Origin: Octopus sinensis
Taxonomy: Eukaryota
Reading direction: 5' to 3'
DNA: 64,000 bases
NCBI RefSeq assembly: GCF_006345805.1
Contig: NC_042997.1
Location: 193,068,001 to 193,132,000, forward strand
Made by a program: the position numbers and the translations under genes. Shown here piece by piece: positions 11,385 to 23,531 of the stretch. Position 1 is the stretch's first letter, and the number at the start of each line of letters is the position of its first letter. Under the pieces are notes generated by a model. It saw only the letters and a list, made by a program, of their open reading frames with translations. It did no database searches and was not told where the DNA came from.

Positions 11385-11780
11385 TCTTTATATAAGAGTG
11401 AAGTTGTGTGTCTGTCCCCTTCGATTTAGATTCGTAACTACTCCCACATTTTGCGGTGCAGTTTAACCAAAAGCGGGTATCTTATAGTCGTGATTCATAT
11501 CGAGCCCTTCTGGGTATTAGCGCGCGTCTACGATGAGTCTACGATTAAAAAAAAATTTACCATCATATTTTTCCATTTTAATGCATTTTTTTCGCTTTTA
11601 TATAAGGGAAGTAACTCTCTAAAAATATCTACGATGTGTCAACGATTTAAAAAAAAAATTTACCTTAATTTTTTTTCAATTTTTAATGCATTTTTTGCTA
11701 TTTTTTGGCTATAACTCTCTAAAAATGCTTATATAGTTATTTCCCTTACAACGCCGAGCAACGCCGGGCGATACTGCTAG
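11385..11780 (+). mobile_element. Non-autonomous Helitron H1
   Basis: A|TCTTTATAT 5' end and hairpin plus CTAG|T 3' end. Confidence 0.85.
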
Positions 11781-11809
11781 TATATATATATGTGTGTGTG
11801 TGTGTGTGT

Positions 11810-12113
11810 GGAGGCGCAATGGCCCGGTGGTTAGGGCAGCGTACTCGTGGTCATAGGATTGCGGTTTCAATTCCTTGACCGGGCGTTGTGAGTGTTTATT
11901 GAGCAAAAACACCTAAAGCTCCACAAGGCTCTGGCAGGGGGTGGTGGCGATCCCTGCTATACTCTTTTACCACAACTTTCTCTCACTCTTTCTTCTGTTG
12001 GCCTGCTCGCTTAGCCAGCGGGGTGGCGTCATTTGAAGGCTAAAACAATGTGAAGCGCATTGTGACCAGCAACGTGTAGCAACATCTGATAGCCTGGTCG
12101 GTCATGGTGATGA
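11810..12113 (+). mobile_element. tRNA-headed SINE, family D
   Basis: A-box TGGCCCGGTGG and B-box-like GGTTTCAATTCC, followed by TTGAGCAAAAACACCTAAAGCTCC. Related heads occur at 40835-41155, 58590-58917 and 61510-61838. Confidence 0.75.
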
Positions 12114-12130
12114 TATATATATATATATAT

Positions 12131-12360
12131 ACGAAAGAAGGTTTGAAAATGCAATTTAAAAGATGTTTATTTACTTAACCGGTTTCACTCTTTGGAAAAA
12201 GATTGTCAAAAGTAACATAGAATATTATGAGTGGGAATTATGTAAAAAACTTTTTTGAATTCATAATATTCTATGTTACTTTTGACAATCTTTTTCCAAA
12301 GAGTGAAACTGGTTAAGTAAATAAACATCTTTTAAATTGCATTTTCAAACCTTCTTTCGT
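12131..12360. repeat. Long palindrome: 100-bp arms, 30-nt loop
   Basis: 12131-12230 is the reverse complement of 12261-12360 with one mismatch. Confidence 0.95.
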
Positions 12361-12400
12361 ATATAATTCCACTCGTGCGATACCCCACAATTCAACTTTG

Positions 12401-12448
<48 letters not shown>

Positions 12449-12769
12449 ACCGACCAGACCATCAGATGTTGTTACACATCGCTGGTCACAATGCATTCGC
12501 ATTGTTTTAGCCTTCAAATGACGCCACCCCGCTGGCTAAGCGAGCAGGCCAATATATATATATATATATATATGATGATGATGATGATGATGATATCAAA
12601 AGGATCAAAAGTCTTTCCCAAGCCATAGAGAGGCCAGTTTCCCAGATTCTGCAGCTTGTATAATCCCCCACTATAATCTGTCCCAGGATTACACATTTGT
12701 GTCAGCTAAGTGGAGTAGATCAATAAGAAATAAGTGCTTTGCTTAAGAACACAATGCATGACCCAGTCC

Positions 12770-12980
12770 AGGAGCTGGCAGAAACGTTTGCACGCCGGGT
12801 GAAATACTTAGCAGTATTTTGTCTGCCTTTACATTCTGAGTTCAAACTCTGCCGAAGTCGACTTTGCCTTTCATCCTTTCGGGGTCGATAGATTAAGTAC
12901 CAGTTGTGCACTGGGGTCGATCTAATCGACTTGCCCCCTCCCCCAAAATTTCAGGCCTTGTGCCTATAGTAGAAAAGAAT
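12770..12980 (+). mobile_element. SINE family A, alternative-tail variant
   Basis: Family A head and body with the tail CCCCCTCCCCCAAAATTTCAGGCCTTGTGCCTATAGTAGAAAAG. Confidence 0.8.
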
Positions 12981-13268
12981 CTTACAATCACGAGTGCAAC
13001 ACCCTAACCACTAAGCCATGCACCTCTGCACCCCACCCCCTCATGCACACACAATGACTTTCTGTACAGTTTCTTTTGACCAAGTTCCACTCCCAAGGCG
13101 TTTAGTCAATCTGATGGAGTAATAGTGGGAGACCCTTATGCAAGGTGTCCCCTCTGTGGGATTGAACCTGAAACTTCTTATCCACACAAATGTGCTTTTC
13201 CCCATAATTAGTAACGTTATTTCATTCCAGCTTTTGGAATTTTGTTTTCCTTTTGATTGCAGTAAGGC

Positions 13269-13366
13269 ATGCAAAAACAAAGAGGTGAGCGCAAGCAAGC
13301 ACAAATTGCACATCAAGTTATTGTGCAACCTGAGATTGTTCCCGGAAAACTCTCAGAGCAGCAATG
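13269..13366 (+). CDS. C2orf81: C2orf81/DUF4639-like protein, coding exon 1 (MQKQRGERKQAQIAHQVIVQPEIVPGKLSEQQW)
   Basis: ATG at 13269 preceded by an in-frame TAA and an acceptor AG at 13261-13262. Donor GTAGGT at 13367, phase 2. EIVPGKLSEQQW matches the DIVPGRLSEAEW motif recalled from human C2orf81. Confidence 0.85.
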
Positions 13367-13969
13367 GTAGGTACCATTGTTATAACTTTTTTGTTTGTCT
13401 AAATGTAACACACTAAATTCTTTGACTTCTCTGAGCACTGACACATAAAAGCTTGGTAGCATCTCACAAGATAATTTTATCATCTCTCTAACAACATCTT
13501 TTGCCACCTTTTTGAATTCAATACCTCTGGCAGTCAACAGGCAGAATTGTTTGCACATTATGGCAACGAGCTGGCAGAAACGTTAGCATGCCAGACGAAA
13601 TGCTTAGCAGTATTTTGTCTGTCTTTATGTTCTGAGTTCAAATGCCTTCCATCCTTTCGGGATCGATTAAATAAGTACCAGTTATGCACTGGGGTTGATG
13701 TAATAGGCTTAATCTCTTTGTCTGTCCTTGTTTGTCCCCTCTATGTTTCGCCCCCCGTAGGCAGTAAAGAAATAAGAATTGTTAGCACATTGGGCAAAAT
13801 GCTTAGCAGCATTTCATCCATCTTTATGTGATGAGTTCAAATTCTGCTACGGTCAAACTTTGCCTTTCATCTCTCAGGGGTTGATAAGCATCAGTCAAGT
13901 ACTGGAGTCGATGAAATTACCTAGTACTCTACCCACAAATTTCCAGGCCTATTGCCTGTAGTAGAAAAG

Positions 13970-14012
<43 letters not shown>

Positions 14013-14017
<5 letters not shown>

Positions 14018-14200
14018 TAGTTTTATTTTTATAGCGTGCTTTCACTTCACTACCGAGCGCAGCTCTGTGTGCCTTGGGTATGTGCTGTGGTTTGCTGTGA
14101 TGCTCTTATTTTCACTGTACTGAAAGTGTTTTACATAGGATGTGTGCAGTGCCCACTAGTGCAATTTTCTGTGTGTTTTTGTTTTTTGGGTAGAGCACTG
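14013..14200 (-). mobile_element. R4/Dong-like (RLE-type) LINE 3' end in an (AAT)n tract
   Basis: The minus strand encodes QKIALVGTAHILCKTLSVQ*, and the 3' UTR runs into (AAT)n. Confidence 0.65.
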
Positions 14201-14368
14201 CTGTAAAGTAAGTGTGTAGGATTGAAATATATCCCTCACATGTCCATTTATGCCTTTTTGGTTTTATTTATGGAACATGAGGAACAATGTCTGGCCCTTA
14301 ATTTTGACGGTCATCATTTTCATAGGGTACCAGTCCGTTCATTTTTATTGTCAAATTGTTTTGCATGT

Positions 14369-14414
<46 letters not shown>

Positions 14415-14444
14415 CATTAATATCATTACACACAGGCATGAGCT

Positions 14445-14987
14445 GGCAGAATTGTTAGTGCATCCGGCGAAATGGTTGCCGATATTTTGCCCGTCATTAC
14501 ATTCTGAGTTCAAATTCCACCAAGGTCAACTTTACCTTTCATCCTTTTAGAGTCAATTAAATAAGTACCAGTTATGCACTGGGGGTCAATGTAACTGACT
14601 TAATCCGTTCGTCTGTCCTTGTTTGTCCCCTCTGTGTTTAGCCCCTTGTGGGTAGTAAAGAAATTGGTATTTCATCTGCCACTATGTTCTGAGTTCAAAT
14701 TCTGCCTAGGTTGACTTTGCCTTTCATCCTTTCAGGGTTGACAAATTAAGTACCAGTTGTGGTGTACTGGGGTCAATCTAATCAACTTGCCCCCTCCCCC
14801 CAAATTTCAGGCCTTGTGCCTATAGTAGAAAAGATTATTATTTTAATTATTATCATTGAGTGAGAGAGCAGTGCATGCCATCAAAGTGACACTGGGGTAA
14901 AATATACGAAGCCCAGTATACCCAATGTACATGATAACACTTCCAATCAGTTAAGATCAGAAGACAAAACAATGTACATGATAACAC

Positions 14988-15049
<62 letters not shown>

Positions 15050-15240
15050 GGCGAGCTGGCAGAAACGTTAGCGCACCAGGCGAAATGCTTAGTTCAAATT
15101 CCACCGATGTCGACTTTGCCTTTCATCCTTTCAGGTCGATGAATAAAGTACCAGTTTCACACTGGGGTCGATGTAATTGACTTAATCCCTTTGTCTATCC
15201 TTGTTTGTCCCCTCTATGTTTAGACCCTTGTGGGCAATAA
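14445..15240 (+). mobile_element. Cluster of SINE family A copies between (ATT)n tracts
   Basis: Three family A copies or fragments with both tail types. Confidence 0.75.
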
Positions 15241-15398
15241 AAAAAAAAAAATTATTATTATTGTTATTATTATTATCATCATCATCATCATTATTATTAT
15301 CATTATTAAACACAGAAAAATGTCTTACAAATCATTTGTAAACATCTGAGTGGTTTCTTTCTAGTTTTTTCCTTTTCTTTTTTTCTTTTTTTCATCAG

Positions 15399-15561
15399 GT
15401 TAGAATTTCAAGAAGGGTACAAAAACGAAGAATTTGCCAGCGAGATAGTAGATGACATTGTTAATATTGTGCTCACTAAAGCATATGAAATTTACTTGGA
15501 ACGACAGCTTCTGCCCTATACAGTCAATGCTGCTATAGAAGCTTTAACACTACTAGTTGAA
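15399..15561 (+). CDS. C2orf81: C2orf81-like coding exon 2 (LEFQEGYKNEEFASEIVDDIVNIVLTKAYEIYLERQLLPYTVNAAIEALTLLVE)
   Basis: Long polypyrimidine tract plus CAG acceptor, GTAAAC donor, phase 2 to 0. Resembles [27 protein letters not shown] of C2orf81. Confidence 0.9.
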
Positions 15562-16211
15562 GTAAACATTTTAATTCTTCACTCATTAAGATCTTAAGCC
15601 ACTCACACACACACACACACACAAACACACATGTACACACACACACAAATGCACACACAAACACACACACAATAAAAGTAAAATTCTACCTGTCTGTCTG
15701 GGACCCTTCTATCTCAATCTAAATTTGTTGTACGCAGACATATTATACCTTTTTGGAATCAGGGTGATCCCAGGATTGAAAATCTGTCCTTCATTTGGTT
15801 CTTGAACATCCACCATTGGGATTTGATTTAAAAGCATTTGGGTTGCTATTTCTAGCAGGTAAAGCTTGGCTGATTCAAGCCATCTTGTTTGGCATTTGTC
15901 AGATGACATCAGAGATCAAGGGAGTAATAAATGACATTTGCTTCACTAATTTTATGTCAAGATAAGAACTGCGGGACAAAATGGCCAACAGTTAGAATTC
16001 AACTTGGGACTGGAACAATAAGATTGCAGAATTAATTCTCATCTGTCCCTAAGCTCAGCTCAAACACCACCAGGGCATGTAGTCATTATAGACATATTTT
16101 AGTCATACTATTTAGTACTCTTTAGTTTTGGGCTGCAGGGTCAATTAGCTGTCAGTGGGAGCTAGCATAAAAGTCCACTCAGAGTGTAGCTTTTAAGCTA
16201 GTATATATATA

Positions 16212-16660
16212 CTCTACTCTTTTAATCTTTTACTTGTTTTAGTCATTCGACTGCAGCCATGCTGGAGCACTGCCTTTAGTCGAGCAAATTGACCCCAGGA
16301 CTTATTCTTTGTAAGCATAGTACTTATTCAATTAGTCTCTTTTGCCGAACTGCTAAGTTACGGGGGACATAAACACACCAGCATCAGTTGTCAAGAGATG
16401 TTGGGGGGACAAACACAGACACACGAACACACACAGACACACACACACACACATGCATACAAACACACATATATATATTTCTGCGTGTACATATATATGA
16501 TGGGTTTCTTTCAGTTTCTGTCTACCAAATCCACTCACAAAGCTTTGGTCGACCCGAGGCTATAGTAGAAGACACTTGCCCAAGGTGCCACACAGTGGGA
16601 CTGAACCCAGAACCATGTGTTTGGTAAGCAAGCTACTTACCACACAGCCATTCCTGTGCC
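16212..16660 (-). mobile_element. tRNA-headed SINE family B with internal (CA/TA)n
   Basis: Reverse complement of the + copy at 62613-63005. Confidence 0.85.
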
Positions 16661-16772
16661 TATATATATATATAGATGGATGGATGGAAGGATGGATATA
16701 TATATGAATGCGAAAAGGAAGAAAATGGAGAAACTGACATCCAGATATAGGTCCTTGACACAATTATATATA

Positions 16773-16809
<37 letters not shown>

Positions 16810-16979
16810 CTCTCTCTCTCTCACACACACTCACACACATACATAATAGGTGAGAGTTAGATGTGTTCAGTATAGAAAACATGTAGTAGTGCTCATATGA
16901 ATTTGAACTAAACTCCAAACAATTTTATGGGCTGGTCAGTGGTCCCAATCCACTGTTGAGCCTGTCTCTGTTACCTTCT

Positions 16980-17130
16980 GACTTCTGCAAAAGAGATTGA
17001 TAGAATAAGTACTAGGCTTCCAAAGAACAAGTCCTGGGGTCGATTTGCTCAACTAAAGGCTGTGCTCCAGCATGGCCGCGGTCAAATGACTGAAACAAGT
17101 AAAAAAGTAAAAAGAGTAAAGAGTATAGGG
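16980..17130 (+). mobile_element. SINE family B 3' fragment, inverted relative to 16212-16360
   Basis: GATAGAATAAGTACTAGGC...GACTGAAACAAGTAAAA. Confidence 0.8.
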
Positions 17131-17511
17131 AACTGTTGAATTAACATGAAAAAATATGTCCACACATATTAAGAGCTCAATTAATGAAAGGTTGTTAAAC
17201 TCCAACATATCATTACATTACAGTACATCCGGATGGAACTAACTTACATGTATGTACATAACCACCTAAAATGATCTTACAAAGCAACATATCTAAAATA
17301 AACACATGAATTACACATACAGTTTATACTTTAATTTTTGCTCAACAGCTGTTTCGTTAGGAACGAACATTATTTATTCCATAATTATGTAATTTCAATA
17401 TGTAATTAATTTAAATTAGATTAATCTAAATTGATCTAAAAGCTATATTTACCCAATCACCAAGATTAAAATATTTAATTAATGAGATGTAATATTTTCC
17501 ATTTATTTCAG

Positions 17512-17581
17512 TGGAATTTCCTAAGACGTGATGAATCCCAAGTAAGCCCTATTTTGCAGCCTGGTTGGATTTCAAGCGAAG
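17512..17581 (+). CDS. C2orf81: C2orf81-like coding exon 3 (WNFLRRDESQVSPILQPGWISSE)
   Basis: TTTCAG acceptor, GTAAAG donor, phase 0 to 1. Matches the WRFLARDEG...PTW.ED motif. Confidence 0.9.
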
Positions 17582-17779
17582 GTAAAGATCAGAATTTTTA
17601 TCTTCACTATTCCACATCCATTTCTCGTGCTTATATGGGAAGAATATTTTATGTCATAATTTTATGCAAGAAACTTTCATTTGTGAAGTTAGGTTAAAAT
17701 TACCAACTTAATATAGAAATCATGAAAAATATAATTATTTGACAAAATTCTTGATTGTTTTTAAAATTAATAGAAATAT

Positions 17780-17995
17780 CTCTCTTATCTTCTCTCTTAA
17801 TCCTTTTTGCCCCTTGTAGAGCCTAGGGCCTCAACAGTTGTTTTCCACTTTTTGCGGTCATTGGCATGTTTCTTGGCTGCTTCCCATGTCAGGCCGGTGG
17901 TTCTGATCTCGTCCAAAATGCTCCACTTCCATGTCTGCTTCGGGCGTCCTCGCTTCCTTTTCTCCTGCGGGTTCCAGTCAAGTGCTTGTCATGTC
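17780..17995 (-). mobile_element. RTE-type LINE 3' fragment (third family)
   Basis: The minus strand encodes RQALDWNPQEKRKRGRPKQTWKWS...DRKKWKTTVEAL. Confidence 0.75.
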
Positions 17996-19276
17996 ACTAA
18001 TAGAAATACAGAGTAAAGTATACACCCACATAATACTTTTAGAAACCTGCTTCAAATCCTTCCAGAATTGACTTCATATTATTCTCAGTTCCACTAATAT
18101 TACTAGTTCTAAGGCAGTGAGCTGGCAGAAATGTTAGCACGCTGGGTGAAATGCTTAGTGGTATTTTGTCTGTTTTTACATTCTGAGTTCAAATTCTGCC
18201 AAGGTTGACTTTGCCTTTCATCCTTTTGGGGTCGATAAATTAAGTACCAGTTGTGTACTAGGGTTGATCTAATCGACTACCCCCCCCACATCCCCAAAAC
18301 TTTCAGGCCTTGTGCCTAGAGTAGAAAAGAATATCACCAATACTAAGTACCATTAATATACTGGGAAAGAACATGGATGTCTGAGTTATTAACATCCAAA
18401 ACAATCAACCATGAGAAGTCAGTAGTTTGTCTCCAATACTGTACTGTGGTGTCTTTGTGGCCCACTGTGCCAGTTAATCCTCAAAAAAGCCAATCCAACT
18501 AAATCTCAGTCAGTACCGAATGGTACAACTAACTGACCACTATAAGAGGTGGCAGTACTATACAACAGACCAGTGTTTAGTTAACTTGTAGAACTGAACT
18601 GAGCATTTCATGCTGGTGTGGTTGGAAGATGAGTGGCATCTTCTTATTGTGTCCCATCTACAAGATAATATAGTAGATCCCTCATTGATGAATACTGCTG
18701 ATTTTCGATAGACAAGTTATTGACTAAATGTCCAACAACAGGAAGCTTGAATGTAGTCTGAGATTCAATCCCACAACACAATACCTAGCATGGGTGTCTT
18801 CAATTATAACCCTTGAGTCAACTAAAAGCTTGTGAGTAAAATTTGGTGGCTGAAGGTTGTGTAGAAGTTGGGCCTCCAGTCTGAAGATAACAAGTTCCTT
18901 CGCTCTCTCTCTTCCACCTTACTTGGGGGCCTTAAAGAAGGTCATTGGCACAGTCCCTTCTTTCTCTTAGTGATAAAAAAATGAAAAAAAGGGCCCAATC
19001 AGTAACATAGCTGGAGGGGTGTGATGGGAGTGGTCTATCTAGAGTGCTGTTTTTAAGGAGGCATCATTTTCAGGCCTGCTGTATAAGCCTGTATAGAGGG
19101 ATAAGGAGGAGAAGGCTGCCTCTAAATGGAACTCACTCTAGCTAGCTATGCTGTGTTCAAATTTATCCTGCTTCTTTCTCAACCTTGATCTCTTTCCAAT
19201 AAGAAACCCTATTGTAAATACATCTTGTGATTTTAATTTACCTTTTTTTTTGTTTTTCTTAAACTTCAACTTTTAG

Positions 19277-19442
19277 AATCTGCGCGACCAGAAATTGATA
19301 ATTGGGCACCGAGACACTACTGTGAGGAAAGCAGGAAGCTTGTTGATAGCACAGTTCGAGAGAGTGTCTCTCAAGAAGAAGCAAAAGATACGGAAGCAGC
19401 TGTAGCGAAAGATGAAGCAGCCAATCAGCATGAAGCGCATGG
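19277..19442 (+). CDS. C2orf81: C2orf81-like coding exon 4 (ESARPEIDNWAPRHYCEESRK...EAHG)
   Basis: TTTTAG acceptor after a pyrimidine tract, GTAGTT donor, phase 1 to 2. IDNWA corresponds to the conserved TDSWA motif. Confidence 0.85.
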
Positions 19443-20639
19443 GTAGTTGTTGTCGTCGTTTTTTGTCTTTTTTGTTTTCGTTGCTTTCACTTTCATTGAT
19501 GAGTCTCAAGCAATGCTTGTCAAACAGACCTAAGATATCTTCTCTTTTGCTATGATCAAGAGTACTCCGGCTGTCTTTGTTTCTTAAATAAATCTAAAGA
19601 AAATGATAATGTAATTGTTTTTTTGTTTAGTTCTGTCTATTTGTATACACTTCTTATGATTTCACTGATGTTGTCCTTTGAAGCTGTTATTTGATAGTAG
19701 TAAGAAAAACTGCAAGACCAAGGCATTCTAATATATATTTTGGATCAATGATTTAATAATGATTTCAAATTTTGGTACAAAGCCAGCAATTTTGGGAAGT
19801 AAGTCAGTCGATTACATTGACCCTGTTCTTCAACTGGTACTTATTTTATCGACCCTAAAAGGATGAAAAGCAAAGCTGACCTCAGTGGAATTTGAACTCA
19901 GAATGTAAAAGTCAGGCAAAATGCTGCTAAGCTTTTAACCCAGTGTGCTAATTATTCTGCCAGCTCACTGCTTTGATTACAATGTTCTGTATACAATTGT
20001 ATACAATTTCATTGTATACAATGTTCCGGTGCCAAACAACTGGTCAGAAAAGGGTAAAAGAGGGGACAGAAAGCAGCAATAAGTTTAGGGTGGTGAGCTG
20101 GCAGAATTGTTAGCACACTGGGCTTAGTGGTATTTTGTCTGCTGTTACGTTCTGAGTTCAAATTCTGACAAGGTCGACTTTGCCCTTCATCCTTTCGGGG
20201 TCGATTAAATAAGTACCAGTTACACAATGGGGTTGATATAATCGACTTAATCTGTCTGTCTTTCCTTGTTTGTCTCCTCTGGGTTTAGCCTCTTGTGGGT
20301 AGTAAAGAAATAGAAATAGGTATTTTGTCTGCTGTTACGTTCTGAGTTCAAATTCCGACAAGGTCGATGTTGACCTTCATCCTTTCGGGGTCAATGAAAT
20401 AAGTACCAGTTACGCACTGGGGTCGATGTAATCGACTTAATCCCTTTGTCTGTCTTTGTTGAGTAGGAAAGACAACAATGGTAGCCATAAATGCATGCAT
20501 AGTACACAGAATGAAGCACAAAATGATGGAAAAGTGAATAGTAAAAGAGCCATAAAGAGGAAAGGGTACGCAGGAATGTCAGGAATAGTCTTGATAAATT
20601 TTATTAAGCGGCTCGCAGGACGGCCTGCTGTGCTAATCT

Positions 20640-21030
20640 TGGATCATAGAGTGACCCGCTGTTCTTGAGGAGACCTACTGAGTCAAGTACGTCAACATCA
20701 AAATAAAAATCAAATGGAAATTGTAGTTAAGACACCCGTGCCGGTGACACGTAAAAAACACCATCTGAATGTGGCAGATGCCAGCGCTGCCTGACTGGCG
20801 TCCGTGTCGTAAAGGTACCAACTTATTGTTGCCGTTTGCCAGCCTGCCCTGGCATCTGTGCCGGTGGCACGTAAAAAACACCCACTACACTCACGGAGTG
20901 GTTGGCGTTAGGAAGGGCATCCAGCTGTAGAAACACTCCCAGATCAGACATGAGCCTGGTGCAGCCTTCATGGCTTCCCAGACCCCGGTCGAACTGTCCA
21001 ACTCATGCTAGCATGGAAAACGGACGTTAA

Positions 21031-21065
<35 letters not shown>
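20640..21065 (+). mobile_element. RTE LINE 3' UTR fragment with (GAT)n tail
   Basis: GTGCCGGTGGCAC units, GGCGTTAGGAAGGGCATCCAGCTGTAG and a (GAT)n tail. Confidence 0.8.
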
Positions 21066-21068
<3 letters not shown>

Positions 21069-21540
21069 ATTTTGAAGGAAGCAGTATCCTGTCAGCTAGT
21101 AACCAATATGGTATTTTCCATTATTTGACAATTCTGCGCATGAACATATGTTTCTGAACATTATGGATGCTGCTGTGTTTTTGTTTTGTGTTTTTCTTTC
21201 TTTCATTTTATAAGCTGTCTTTCAAAAAGATGGTTGACATTGTTGGAAATATGATGAATAGTCTTGTGAGCTTCTGTCAACTAAACTGCTAGACAAGACT
21301 GCCTGGACTTTGTTTAACAATGTTACTTGTTGATTTCTTTAGCTGCTAATATCCATGAGACATTCAAAATGTTATCTAGTCATGTTAACATATCTTTTAT
21401 AAATAAATCTTATGCAGGAAATTAACAATTTTACTTTGTACAGTAATTTAAAATTAATAAATCAAAATACATTGATAGACATATTTATTGAACACATTTT
21501 TAACATTGATCTGTATGGAAAATAATTTTTACATTCTTAG

Positions 21541-21649
21541 AACAGAAAATGAACACCACAGTCCAAAACGTAGGAAAATGAAACCTCCTAAATCTTCAGG
21601 TGTAAAAGATATCAAAATGCCCTTAAAATATAGCAACACTTCATTAAAG
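21541..21649 (+). CDS. C2orf81: C2orf81-like coding exon 5 (TENEHHSPKRRKMKPPKSSGVKDIKMPLKYSNTSLK)
   Basis: CTTAG acceptor, GTAAGA donor, phase 2 to 0 fits both neighbouring exons. Confidence 0.75.
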
Positions 21650-22989
21650 GTAAGATTTTCTAAACTGATTTATTTCAGCATTTATAATAGAGAAATTGGT
21701 ATAGGAAGGGCATCCAGCTGTAACAAAACATATCAAAACAGAGACAGAAGTATGGTGCAGGCTTCTGCTTGGCAAGCTCTTGTCAAACTGTCCAACCCAT
21801 GCCAGCATTGAAGGAGGATGTTAAACAATGATGATGATGATGATGATGATGATGAGAGAATTTTTTTTACCTTATACCACAGCGTGGCTGTGTGGTAAGA
21901 AACTTGCTTCCCAACCACATGGTTCTGCATGGCACCTTGGGCAAACATTTTCAACTATAGCCTCAGGCTGGTGAAAGTCTTGTGAGTGGATTTGGTAGAT
22001 GGAAACTGAAAGAAGTCTGTTGTCTATATATATCATCATCATCATCGTTTAACATCCATGGGTTGGAGACCAGCCTCTCCTCTCCACGCCACCATTGTTA
22101 TCCAAGGGAAAGGCAACGGCTGATACAGCTTGGCACCCGTGATATCACAACTCATTACTACAGCTGAGTGAACTGGAGTAACAGGAAATAAAGTGTCTTG
22201 CTCAAGAATACAACATGCAGCCCGGTCTGCAATTTGAACTCACAACCTCACGATTGTAAGCTCAATGCTCTAACCACTGAGCCATGCGCCTTCACATCTG
22301 ATCATGTAATACCCAGTATATGGCCATGCTAGCCTATCACTTAGGATATCCCAGAAAGAGCTGTAAGACTTCAAATTTACCTTACCCTAATTAAATATTC
22401 TAAATGACTCAAGATACTTGTCCTACCTTGGTTTTTGTTGTATTTTTTCTTCTAATATAATATATACCTGCTAATATAGATGCCAAATATGGTTCCCTAG
22501 CTCCTGGCTCAGCTGTGAGATTGGAAACTAATGGATGACCAATTATAGCACTTACTCAGCATACCTATTCATTTAGATCACCAGTGAACTAAACTACTCA
22601 TTCTCATATATACATACATATATATATGTATATATATATATAAATCAGGAATGGAAAACAAAACAATAAATTGAACAACTGTAAATTAAATTCAATTTAG
22701 ATTTTTTATACAAACAAATGACACATCTCATAAATTACAGCTGTTTCTGCTTCATTAATAAAACAAAGTTTTTCAAGAATAATCAAATCCGTTTAAATAT
22801 GTAATGATGCTTCATCAGATAGACATATCTGCTTAAATATTTGATGAAAAATATCATTTGAAAATATTTATAATTGTTAAGGCTTTACGAAAACGCTTTA
22901 TAAGAGCAAGCTTAATCATAAGTAATTAAATAATCTGAAATTACATAAATTCATAAATTTAAATCTATAAATATTCTATTCTATAACTG

Positions 22990-23122
22990 ATGTATAAGTA
23001 TGTATATGTAAGCATTAAAAAAATATATGTATGTATAAGTATATATATGTGTGTGTGTATATATATGTCTTGTAAACAAGACATATTTATGTGTGTGTGT
23101 ATATATATATATATTATATATA

Positions 23123-23167
<45 letters not shown>

Positions 23168-23445
23168 TATACATATATATACATACATATATAAAAATTA
23201 TATATAATTTTATATATATATATTATATTGTGTGAAATTTGATTTAGTATTTCTAAATTGAATTTTTTTTCCCTGTAAGTTAGGATTAATATTGCCTCAA
23301 ATAATTATTATTATACATATATATATATATATATTATATATATATATATACATTTATATATATATATATATACATTTTATACATATATATATATATAATA
23401 TATATATATATATACATTTTATACATATATATATATATACATTTT

Positions 23446-23493
<48 letters not shown>

Positions 23494-23496
23494 TTT

Positions 23497-23531
<35 letters not shown>

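Noticed and set aside
15709-15909. Minus-strand ORF resembling the 61878-62333 peptide (LYLLEIAT)
   Set aside because: The similarity comes from the shared dispersed repeat motif GCTATTTCTAGCAGGT, not from protein homology.
17807-18016. Alternative exon 4 starting EPRAST after a good acceptor
   Set aside because: The sequence is the antisense of an RTE-type LINE end. The exon at 19277 carries the conserved DNWA motif instead.
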